This document shows, piece after piece, positions 35,881 to 46,836 of a DNA stretch of 46,836 nucleotides. The DNA comes from Octopus bimaculoides (taxonomy: Eukaryota), in NCBI RefSeq assembly GCF_001194135.2, contig NC_069004.1, positions 16,677,631 to 16,724,466 of the forward strand, given 5' to 3'. A program made the translations under genes and the position numbers. Below the pieces are notes generated by a model, which was given only the letters and a program-made list of their open reading frames with translations, had not been told where the DNA came from and ran no database searches. Each line of letters begins with the position of its first letter. Within the stretch, counting starts at the first letter, position 1.

Positions 35881-38831
35881 CCTCCATCTGTGGTTAAAAG
35901 TTTGCTTCCCAACCACATGGTTTCAGGTTCAGTCCTGTTGTGCATCACCTTTGGTAAGTATCTTCTATTGTAATTTCAGACTGACCATGCCTCACAAGTG
36001 AATTTCGTTGATGGAAACTGAAAGAAGCCCTTATATATATATTTATATATGATGATTGCTTCATCTTGACAAATGGTAGCTGTCCCATCAACACTCATAC
36101 CCAATAACACAGCACATTCCCTCTGTTGATGAGCCCTCAGATGACTAGCTGCTGACTGACAGGGTTTAAAATACAAGTGTGTGTGCATATATATATATAT
36201 ATATTTATTTATTTATATATATGCAGTTATATTTGTTGATACCATGCCCCGAAGTTATTTATATTTGACATGCAATGACTGATGACTTGATATGATCTGT
36301 TTATAAGATATTTCCTTAGATGATCTATTATGGTATATTATTAATGAAGTATATAAAAATATATCTCCACACTTGTTTCTCATTTGTGCTCTGTGTTCAA
36401 AATACTGGAACGAAACTATAGCAAGAAACCTGGAATACTCCTTTACTCACGTATGGATCTTTTAAAATATAACTGAACGCGTGGAAGCCTAAATACTGAT
36501 CGTGTGTGTGTGTGTGTGTTTACCCCTGCATTCTATGAATATTGCTGTTCTATAAGTGGTGATGATGTCCTTTCCCCTGTCAACAAATAATCCACGAGTT
36601 TTGCAGCTTCAAAGATGTAAAAGATAAGGGATCTCCTACTTGATAAACAGCAAAGCATCTGTTTGTAAAACTGCTTCAATAATATATCTAACCCATGCCA
36701 ACATAGAACAGTGAATGTAAAATTAACAAAAATCTTTCAGTAAACATTGCCAAGAAAGCAGAAGACAAAAAAAAAGAGATGGTGGAGTTTCCCTTGCAAC
36801 ATTTGCTGTGTTCAGTAACTGATTCCTTTGTCATTCCCTTTGTCAGAACCAATAATTGGGCTGTTGGAAATACTATTGTTAACAGGTTGTGATGTAAAAA
36901 GAAAGAATATATTTTATGTCATGCATTTTAGGAACAAAAGCATTGTCAGTGAGAAATAATATAGTGACAATTTGTTTTACATTTGTATTAATAAGGCACT
37001 GTTTTGTAGCTGGCTGTTAACCTGGATGTATGAAGAAAGCGGATTTGTTGACAGAAGTGACAATACTGTTTGTAGCAACGTTTGTAGAGTACAAACAATC
37101 ATTTGCAGCTTTCAGTTTCTATCTAACAAACTCATTCACAAAGCTTTGTGAGTAGCTCACCAGACACCTGTGGAAGGTGTCTTGCAGTGAGTCTGAACCA
37201 TGTGGTTAGCAAACAAACTTCTTAACCACATAGTCATACCTGCACCTAAAATATTGTAGGCGTGCCTCAACAAACTCAAGTAAGCACAGCAATATCAATA
37301 TACACACATTTTAAAATGTATGTCTTTTGCCAATGTGATAGACTTTAGTTTAAAAAATTCTATATAATATATTGTTTATAGTTGCATCAGAGGAGTGCTC
37401 CACCTTAGTAAAGTAAATACCATTATTAAATAACAACATTATGGTGTTTATTTTATTAAGGTTGGTCACTACTCTGTAACTGTAAACAATATATTATACA
37501 GAATTTTTTTTGAATTTATATTGAATATTGAATTTAACCATCCTTCATACAGTGAGGTATCCTGTGTAACTTCTGTTTGTAACATTTTGCATCACATGGC
37601 TTCATTTAATTCAAACTTTAGAAATAATATGGATAGAAAACAAATTATATTTCTAAGTCCATTCAAATCTTAATTATTTTCAGTATTATTTGAAGCACAC
37701 AGTACTTTGTTAGAAATATGCTCAAGGATTAAAGACCTAGTACTATTGATTGAATATCAGATTGAAAAAATACTCATCTCTAACTAGTTATTGTATAAAT
37801 CTGTGTCATATAAAGATGTCATATTTAATCTCATCTCTAGAAGGATTGACAATGATAAATTACTACACATTTTGAGAGGCAGATGGTACCTTTTATGTCA
37901 GTTATTACTTAGTATGTATATATGTTTCAAAGAGATGAGTTATGCACTCATGGCCTTTTCATGTTGTTTCTGAAATATCAATATCTGTGAATTTCATTTG
38001 ACCAGAAAACATTAGCTTGCTGCTTGTGTGTAGTAAATACCAAATATGATACAAAAGTCACCAACTTCTTTATGTAGTGATCTAAAACCTGCAGTATGAA
38101 ATTGTGGTTGGTCTATTTGGAGTTGACAATAACTAACACATGAATATTGTGGTTGAAGAAGAATGACTAATGTGTATTTGTCCTCTGCAAACTCTTGCAA
38201 TGCAGCAATATCATGACAGAAAAGTCATTAGTTTGTAGAATGACAAATGCTATGTTATGATCTTGATATAAGGCAGTGCAATTGCACAAAACTGATGAAA
38301 GAGTTTAAAAGAAATGATGTTAATGCTGTATGAAACCCATCTTGTGTCAATTGGACTTTGAAGAAGACATGTTTAGCTTTAAACAGAACAATTTAATATT
38401 CCTTGACTTGATGCCATTAACTTCACAGTTTGATGAATTGACATGTATAAAGTCAAAGGGCTCTGCTTCAGAGACCTGAATGTTTATATGGATTTGCAGC
38501 TATGGATTGATACTCCAATATCTTATACACAAGGGAATAATTTAGTCATGGAATAATGAATGAGCTAGAATTAACATTGTACCAGTAACTAGACGAAGGT
38601 ACATAACTCTACTTGCTTTAGTTTACCTGGTTGACAACAGCAGGCCCCGCCACTTATGGAGGTCAATTGGTCTGCAGTAGGAAGGATAGGTGTCCAACTG
38701 TAAAAAAAAGTTTTCAGACACTATACATATGTCTAAATTGGCAAACTCATTTCATCTAGAACATTATACAAACATTGTATCTATTTAACGATAACATAAA
38801 TAGTGTTTCTTGCATCAACCAACTTAATTCT

Positions 38832-39011
38832 CTAACAATCTTCTGTTTGTCTTGACATTTCATTGTTGGGTTTGTCTTCTTCTTTCTGTTGTTGCTGTTG
38901 TTCTGGTTCTTTTTCATCTCCATCTTCCTTCACTGTTTCAATGCAGTCTGTTATGGTGATAAAAATGTCGGGGTTCTTAAACTGAAATACCATTGGAAGT
39001 TCTGGCATACC
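38832..39011 (-). CDS. SUFU: SUFU-like last coding exon (GMPELPMVFQFKNPDIFITITDCIETVKEDGDEKEPEQQQQQKEEDKPNNEMSRQTEDC*)
   Basis: Acceptor ttttttttctctctctgtctctccattag; 180 nt open to TAG; LP..F.F....I.ITI aligns with the SUFU C-terminal LP..Y.W....L.ISI pattern. Confidence 0.8.
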   Translation of the reverse strand, partial: GMPELPMVFQFKNPDIFITITDCIETVKEDGDEKEPEQQQQQKEEDKPNNEMSRQTEDC

Positions 39012-41425
39012 CTAATGGAGAGACAGAGAGAGAAAAAAAAATTTAGAATCGAAGTTCTGCCCACCACCACCACCATCATTCTCTACATTCACATTGCTTA
39101 GAAGGATGGTCATATTGAGAGGCAAAAGTTATATATCATTGCTTTCTATTCTTATAAATATTGTCATTTGATCTAATTCTTAATTAAGTCTACTGTTACT
39201 AATTGTCTACCATTAGATTGTATTAAATTTATTTGTGTATAATAATGCATGAAATCTAATACAAAACATTGGAGTAAAAATTAGGAGGATGTTGGGGTGC
39301 ATTGTGTAAAAAAAAGGGAGAGGATAAAATGCATGTATTACTGATTTTTAGGTACAAAAATGTGGTTGCATTATTTTCAAGATAGTATTATACTTGTGTA
39401 AATACAGCAGTTTCTAAAATGTAGTGGTGTCAGATTGAGAGAAATGGATCTCTGTCTGTCACAACATCTATTAGGAGGGAAAGAAAAGGAGGAATCAAAA
39501 TATATGTCACATTTTTAGAAGAAGGGGAGGAAAAAGTTGTTGAGGGAGAAATACAGCAAGAGAGCATGTGAAAGATAGATGGGTAGTGTTATCACCACAG
39601 TAACAAATTTTGATTTAAAATGTGGGAATTTTAAGTGCAAGTCTGTCAACACAATGCAGCACACTTCAGAAAGGCTATATGTATACAGAAAAGCTATATA
39701 CATTATATATATATATAGTTATTATTTTTGATTGTTTGTGTGTTTCTGTGTCTTTTAACATATAGACAACACAGATTTTTAAAAAAAGACTTTCATTTTG
39801 AAAAATTTATGAAGGTACATGCATGATTAACAAATATTTTTATTGGCAGTATAGCAATGGGTAACGACCTAGTACTTTATAATTCTGTGATGAAGTCTTG
39901 CTTAACCCCTTTTTTTTAAATACTAACATCCCTTACACTTGCCTTTATTAAAGTTTTCATATTAAAATAAAAATTTTATCAAAATAGTGAGATTATAGAT
40001 GTGACTGCAGTCTGTCTCAATATTTGCTGAAGATCTGATGCCAATAACTTGATAGTTTGGTGAATTAAGATATAAAAACTAAATATTGGCAAAAATTTAG
40101 CCCAACACTCAACTGATTTTGTTCTTTGACACTAACAACAATACTAACACCACTTATAATAACTACAATGGTTTCACATTTTGGCACAAGACCAGAAATT
40201 TGTGGATGGGGTTATTTTATCAAAAGAATGAAAAGGAAGACTTGACTGGTACTTTATTTTAACAACATTGAAAGGACAAAATGCAGTCAGTCTCATCAAG
40301 ATGTGGACATTGTATGTAAATGAACAAAATTAAATACCACAAATTATATCACCAAAATACTGGTGATGGTGCCATGTATAAAGCACCATTCTGTAAAATG
40401 GTTGGCATTAGGAAGGGTATCTAGCCATAAAACCAATCCAAATAGACTATGGAACCTGGTACAGCCCTCAGCCTTTTCAGTTCCTGTCAAGCCATCCAAC
40501 CCATGCTAGCATGGAAAATAGACATTAAATGTTGATAATGATGATGATGAAAGCATTTTGTCCAGTTCTCTATCTTAGTGTGACTTATGATTCAATGGTA
40601 AGTATATGAAAATTATACATGATTATGGTGATTATTTATTGAATTGGAGTAAACTAGTTTTTTAAGAGAGGGACCAAATGGTGATCTCTTCTGGCAATCT
40701 GACACTTTTAACATAGTAAAGATACCATCACAAAAATTAGCCTTCCTCTTCAGCTCCCAAATGTCACTAACCTTTGATAAAATTCAAGAGACACCCAGAA
40801 CAGAATGCTGCTTTCTATCAGGAGTATCAGGAATGGTGCTACTGTTACTAAACATGCAAATATTTCTAGACTAGTGTTCTTTAAGGGAGTGGAGGGGGAA
40901 CCTAAGAGGAATCTGAGAGTCAGGCAAACTGCCTTGTTTAATAATATCAAGATGGCTTTAAATTTAACTTGTCCATCACCTTGGCACCGAAGAAAGATTG
41001 TAGGGATACAAACTCTATTTTGTGTATTTCTTCAGTAAAAAAAGCCTGGGATTTTACTATATTTTGGTGCATGAGGGTACTTGAGAATCACTGCCCCAGA
41101 CTACATCAAAAATATTTTAAAAAGCCACCTATTTGATTGGTGTGGAATTGCTCACCAACACACTCCAACTCCTGATCTACAGATGTCCCTCACTCTGCCC
41201 TGTCTGTCATTACTACTGTTATCGCTGCTCCTAGAAGTTACCTAATCTTATTCTACATCCACTTGAATTCAAAAGAGACTCATTAATCTCTTCTCTCATC
41301 GCCTATATTATGTTGACTACCTCAAGCTCTGCATTGACTACATTTCGTAGTCCTTCCTTGCTATAAACTAAGCAACAAGGAAAAGTTTTTGTAACTGATA
41401 AGTTGTGTGTAAAGTTGTAAATTAC

Positions 41426-41494
41426 CTCATCTAAATGTTCAAATATCTCCACTTCTTCTTCCATTTTCTCAATAAGATTTTGTGGACAATAAAT
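41426..41494 (-). CDS. SUFU: SUFU-like exon (IYCPQNLIEKMEEEVEIFEHLDE)
   Basis: Acceptor tttttccag, donor GAG/gtaatt; 69 nt, phase 0-0; aligns with ILLTEEFVEKMLEDLEDLTSPEE. Confidence 0.85.
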
Positions 41495-41769
41495 CTGGAA
41501 AAATAAAATAAATAATTACTACAAAATTATTTCCACAATCATTAGACAGTGTCATTGTTGTCATCATCACCTTTTAAGAAATATTTCTTTCTGAGCTGGT
41601 TAAGCACTGATCAGCCTTTATTATCCTGATCTATAATTAAAGGCTTTCCAACTCTATCAATCAGATCTTATCTAAGAGTAAAAGTGCATGGCTCACTGTT
41701 TATAGCACTAGATTCATAATCATGAGGTAGTGAATTTGATTCCTGGATCAGGTTAACCTTCCTTTGCCA

Positions 41770-42010
41770 ATCTTCTGGGTTTCATGTCTCACAACCATGC
41801 AGCATTGCAGTTCTAACACAGGCATCATACAGTCTGCCTTTCAATTTAAAGGAAAAGACTTTTGCTGTCAGTAGTGGTAGTAGCTCCCTGAACTTTCTCC
41901 AAACTGTTCTTATCTTGATTGCTATACTTTCAGAGCAACCATTTACTTTGCTAATTACTTCTCCTAAATAACTAAAGCTATCAACTACTTCTAGTGAGTC
42001 AGCGTTGCTA
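41770..42010 (-). mobile_element. RTE LINE fragment
   Basis: LEVVDSFSYLG...WRKFRELLPLL...KGRLYDACVRTAMLHGCET. Confidence 0.85.
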
Positions 42011-42359
42011 GTGGTATGAATGAGGTGGGTGGAGATGTGTTGAAATATTTTTATGTGTGAAATGTGATGTAATATATACATGGTGGGTCAGTGGTAAATG
42101 TAAAAAAAAATAGCTAAAAGTGGATCTTTACAAAAAGACATTTGCTCTACTAATTCTGTCTCAATTCTGAAGATTGAATTATCTGAATCTGATTGAAGAC
42201 AGCAGAATGTAGATTTCCTGGACATGTCTATATAACACACATGTGTTCACTAACTCTTACTACCTTTTACTGTACTACAAAGGAATTTACTGTGCAGTAG
42301 AGTGATTATGTGTTCACTAAAGAAAACTGAAGTGGACTGAACCTGTGTTGAGTTCTTAC

Positions 42360-42501
42360 CTGAAGGTAAGCTCCCTCAGCCTTAATTGGTTCCTCCTCGG
42401 AGACAAAAATATGTTCTTGTGAAGAGAGTGATGGCACCAAGTGTATGACATGTTCATCACCACTATGGAAAACAAAAAATCGGCCCTTTTTCAAACGACC
42501 C
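42360..42501 (-). CDS. SUFU: SUFU-like exon (GRLKKGRFFVFHSGDEHVIHLVPSLSSQEHIFVSEEEPIKAEGAYLQ)
   Basis: Acceptor tttttcacag, donor CAG/gtaaga; 142 nt, phase 2-0; aligns with SUFU GRLLHGRHFTYKS...FATEEHPYAAHGPWLQ. Confidence 0.88.
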
Positions 42502-43374
42502 CTGTGAAAAAGATGAGAAAAAGCAAATATAAAATAGTGAAATTTAGTTAGAACCAAATTATATAAAAATAACACAAAGGTATAAGGACAGCTGTGTGGT
42601 TAAGAAGCTCACTTTGTAACCACATGGCTTCAGGTTCAGTCCTGCTGCATGGCATCTTGCGCAGGTGTCTTCTACTATAGCTCTGGGTTGACCAATGCCT
42701 TGTGAGTAAATTTGGTAGATGGAAACTGTGTGGAAACCTGTCATATATTCACATGTTGTGTATGTCTTTGCGTTTGTGTTGTTCACCTACTGATTGACAA
42801 CTGGTGTTGGTTTGTTTATGGCCTTGTAACTTATGTCAGCAAAAGAGACTGACAGAATAAGCGCCAGACTTAAAATATAAGTACTAGAGTCAATTTGTTC
42901 AAATAATTCTATCGAGGTGGTGCCCCAGCATGGCCATAATCTGATGACTAAAACAAATAAAAAATAAAGATTCTACACTAATTTCAACATAAATACAAAC
43001 TTGTACAGACGGTTTCTGTCAGCAGAACGCTACTTCTGTCATGATGGGTATGGCTGGAGGGTTTAGAAGCTTGCTGCTTTGTTATGTGATGCACTTCACA
43101 TGGATATTTAAAAATTACAAATGCACTTTACATGCATAATTAAGAGCTGTTGGTGCACTTGACAGTTAATTATTACTAGTGCACTTTACACAAAACTTTG
43201 TAAAACTATATTTTAAAGTTCAAAATTTAGGAAAACAAGCAGAAAACTATTATAGTTTACCTGGTTTGATTTTCCAAGCTTATCATCATATAACACAATT
43301 ATAACATGAATTTTCAAAAGTCTCAAGTATTAATCTAGATTTTTAGATTTTCTAGAGCTTTAAATTATATCTTA

Positions 43375-43600
43375 ACCCTTTAGCATTCAGATTACTCTAT
43401 CAAATATGATGCTTAATTACTTACACTGTTTTGAATTAATCATGTATGTACCTTGTAGCTTCCAAATTTTGATGATGTGGTAGTTTATTTTCAAAATGAC
43501 ATGGTTGGGTAGGTGTGAGAGGCCGGATCTGGTCAGTTTGGATATAAAACAGAATATTTGGGGCAGATATGGCTGCTTTAAATGTTAAAGAGTTAAAGCT
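43375..43600 (+). mobile_element. piggyBac-type MITE
   Basis: Runs ttaaccctttagcattcagattactc...aaatgttaaagagttaa. Confidence 0.75.
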
Positions 43601-43849
43601 AAAAATTTGGGAAAAAGTATGTAGAAAATTCTTTTAGTTTATCTGGTTTTATTTATATTTATCCCATTTTTGCCTCTCTATTTCTCTGTCACACTCTAAC
43701 CTTTTATCATCTGATACTGGATCACCTCCTCCAATATCCCTTCCATTATAGAAAGGCACCTGTTTCTACCTCTCTGTCTCTTTCTCACACTTTAACCTTT
43801 CATCCTTTGATGCAAGTTCCTCTCCTCAAATGCCTCTGCCCCTCTCATA

Positions 43850-44545
43850 ATTCCTTGTCTTGCGAGTTACTTGGTGACCCTGCCAGTGCTGGTGCCAAGC
43901 AAAAAGCATCCAGTCCACACTGTAAAGTGGTTGGCATTTGGAAGGGCATCCAGCTGTAAAAACCATGCCAAAACTAACCTTGTCTGTGCTAGTGCCACGT
44001 AAAAAGCACTGTGTCCACTCTCCAGAGTGATTGATGTTAGGAAGGGCATCTAGCTGTAAAGACCCTGTCAAAACAGACACAATAGCCTAGGGTAGATTTT
44101 CTACCTGGCTGGCTCCTGTCAACTGTCCAACCCCTGAATGCATGGAAGATGGATGTTAAACGATGATGATCATCATATTACTCAAGAAAACCTGTCCTGT
44201 ACTCAAAATGACCTGTCTGTACTCAAGAAGACCCATCCTCCACAGCAGAATTGATAGTGCTGGTCCTCTCGCTGAGGAGGATTGGCCTGCAAAAGCTCTG
44301 TGCTAGCATCACGTAAGAAGCTCCTATGCCAGTGGCATGTAATAGGACCTGTGCCAGTGTCATGTAAGAAGCACCCTTACTGGTGCCACATAAAAAGTAC
44401 CCAGCACACTCTGTAAAGTGACTGGTGTTAGGAAAGTCATCCAGCTGTAGAAGCCAAGCCAAATCAGACTGGAACCTGGTGCAGCTCTCCTGCTTGTTAG
44501 CTCTGATCAAACTGTTTAACCTATGCCAGCATGGAAAACAGATCA
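43850..44545. mobile_element. Cluster of RTE-tail-related repeat fragments
   Basis: Three gtggttgg..ttaggaagggcatccagctgta segments with ...gcatggaa..gga.gttaaacgatgatgat tails. Confidence 0.65.
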
Positions 44546-44852
44546 TAATATAAGGCACTGAAGACACTCAAGTATTAATATAGATTTTGTAAAGCCTTAA
44601 ATTATATTTTAAAATGCTGCAATGCACCTTGGGACCCCTTTTGAAAACCATCCGGATGAGAAGTATTTTTTCGCAAAATTCTACAAAAAAAGAAATCAAG
44701 CCCGAAATACCAAAAAAAAAAAACCTGTTCCATCTTGTTGATGAAAATTATGGTGAAAATGATTCAAATGGGTGGTGGTGGTGGTGATAGTAGTAGTGGT
44801 ATGGTGGTGGTGGTAGTGGGTCTCTATCAGAACTCCAATGTTTTATACTTAC

Positions 44853-45071
44853 TTTACAACAATTGGTAGAAGTTCTGCAGCTTCAACATCAAACATAAGT
44901 TGTACTTCCTTAATTACTTGAATTGGTTCGCTCCTTTCTTTTTTCTCCTCCTCCTCCCCCTCTTCTTCTTCTTCTTCTTCACCACCATTTCCTTTCTTAT
45001 GTGTCCCTTTGGTTTCACCTTCTTCCTTCAAATTCTTTGCAGCTCTGTTCTCATCACAAGAATTTTCTTCC
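44853..45071 (-). CDS. SUFU: SUFU-like exon (EENSCDENRAAKNLKEEGETKG...EEEEKKERSEPIQVIKEVQLMFDVEAAELLPIVV[K])
   Basis: Acceptor ttttattcaatgtaacag (best candidate before the in-frame stop at 45122-24), donor AA/gtaagt; 219 nt, phase 2-2; the 3' end aligns with LESVHLKFNQESGALIPLCLR. Confidence 0.78.
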
Positions 45072-45749
45072 CTGTTACATTGAATAAAAGATAATTTCTT
45101 AGAATATTTCTGTCTTTGATTTCAGTAATCTATCTACCTACTGCCATCACCAAATTTTGCTTGTTGCTTGCTATTACTTCTCACTTACAACCACTTGAAC
45201 TAACAAATGAGCCTTGGTGTGGTCACTCAACATACCAGAAACAGCAGTCAAATTTTCTTCAAATCACCCCCACCCACAATCTTATAAAAGGACATGTTGG
45301 AGAATGCATTCCTGGGTTTTCCAACCCATAGGATAAAGGCTAAGTGGCCACTGCTGGATGAGAGTTGACTGAAGAAGTGGGAGCAGTAGCAGCAACAACA
45401 ACAACACCACATCTCCCTCACCATTCTATGTACTGCAAAGTTTTAATGTGTTGGAGAGACATATATATATATACAAAAATACTTAAACAATCACACAGCC
45501 ATACACATGACTATAAACTATAGACACACACTGAGACATACACACACATGTATATGAGTTTCTTTGCCAAAGAAGTTAGAATTATTTTTATTCTCTTACT
45601 TCTTCCAGTCATTAGACTGTGGCCATAGTGAGGCATGGGCTGCAAGGACTTTTGTTAGTCATGGCTCAATTCTGTTTTGTTATTTGTTTGATGATTATTT
45701 TATCAGTCTATATCGATCTGTCTGTCTGTTGGTCTATCTATCTATATAT

Positions 45750-45860
45750 ATAAACACACACACATACATATGCACACACACGTGCACGCACACACACACA
45801 CATGCACGCACACACACACACACACATGCACACATACGTGTGTGCACACACATATATATT
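45750..45860. repeat. (CA)n-type compound microsatellite (also 46045-46105; (AT)n at 34170-34205; (TATC)n at 18670-18715)
   Basis: Directly visible. Confidence 0.95.
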
Positions 45861-46501
45861 AGCATGCAAAACTGTTAATCCAGACATGTTTTTCTTGCAT
45901 CGTATTTTTTCTCTCTGTTTTCTTTCCTCATTCCTTTCTGTTGACGAGCATAGGCTTGAAATGTCAAAGATTTTTCCATTTTTCTTGATATGCTTTGTTT
46001 GTTGTTCCTTCACTTGTCTCTGTTTTTTGTTTTTGTACATTTGAACCACACACACACACACACACACACACGCACATGTATGTGTGTGTGTGTGTTTGCG
46101 TGTGTATTAATTAGAAGCACCAATACATATCTGTATATAAATTATAAGTAATAAGAAATGTACTGTAGTGGGTACATGAAAGCAGTGTTTCAAATAAACA
46201 AACATTTAGATCAATTCAAATATGTATGGGACATTTGATCTGCATAAAGGCTGTATTCACTGATGATTTCCTAACAAGCAAGAAACATTCAGTATTCCAC
46301 TGAGGGATGGTGCCTTGAAATAGTATTTGGTGTTTTTCAACAACTATTGCAACAAGTCAGAATGGTTCTTCACAGCAAATTAGAACAGCTTTTGCATAGA
46401 TCAAATATATACTAAAGCCATCAGCAAAAATACATTTGCTGGCATGTGCAAAATTTCGTTGAACAGGAATCAATTAACCATTAGCACACTAGGCAGTGAT
46501 A

Positions 46502-46836
46502 TCTATATATATATAAATGAGAATGTGTGTGTGTCTGTCTGTCTGTCTGTGTGTTTTCCTAAAACTCGAGAACTACACAACCAATTTCATTCAAATTTTA
46601 CACATGCCTTACTTAGGGTTCCGGTTGTGTTTTAGTCAAAAAATATTTTTAACTTCTTGCATAGTTCGAGCCCACAGCAACATCATATCTCCTCCACTAT
46701 TTAAGTATTACATGTCAAAAGTGAAACAAAAACACTCATGTCAAATACTTTCACTTTAAAAATGAAACTATTCCACTAACTGAAACAATCACATTTCGAT
46801 ACTGTAATAACAGATACTTTCACTTTAATGGTGTAT
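46502..46836 (+). mobile_element. Helitron-like non-autonomous element, 5' part (runs off the window)
   Basis: A|TC start (atctatatatatataaa), then a (gtct)n tract and aaccaatttcattcaaatttt: the layout of invertebrate Helitron/DINE-type 5' ends. Confidence 0.6.

Noticed and set aside
38012-38200. 62-aa ORF on - downstream of SUFU-like
   Set aside because: No clear splice signals or homology; probably 3' UTR.
45189-45420. gtaagt donor on - near the SUFU-like exon
   Set aside because: All three frames close within about 75 nt, and the upstream sequence matches a dispersed repeat also seen at about 23520 and 31555.
45564-46067. His/Thr- and Val/Cys-repeat ORFs (also 1610-2044, 3562-3883)
   Set aside because: Translations of (CA)n/(TG)n microsatellites.
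1-46836. CRISPR arrays, rRNA or prokaryotic operons
   Set aside because: None seen. The repeats lack unique spacers, and the genes are spliceosomal-intron eukaryotic genes.

Overview
AT-rich, repeat-dense eukaryotic genomic DNA. It is most likely cephalopod (Octopus-like); this is an inference from SINE/RTE families I recognise, not from a search. The window holds two convergent intron-rich genes. (1) NMD3 (60S nuclear export adaptor) on +: I traced 14 coding exons from 6415 to the stop at 32092 with canonical GT-AG sites and consistent phases; the short first coding exon was not found. (2) The last four coding exons of a divergent Suppressor-of-fused (SUFU)-like gene on - (45071 to 38832); the ORF track catches only parts of two of them. 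Introns and flanks carry a decayed Merlin (IS1595/ISXO2-like) transposase between long inverted arms, a full-length cecropia-type mariner, RTE LINE fragments, several tRNA-derived SINE families, TTAA-flanked piggyBac-type MITEs (one nested in another), Helitron-like elements, minisatellites and hairpins. The most unusual signal is a tRNA-headed SINE whose tail carries a minimal Penelope-type hammerhead ribozyme motif; two degenerate copies are present. Exon coordinates were counted by hand. Repeat boundaries are approximate unless a TSD or TIR is quoted.
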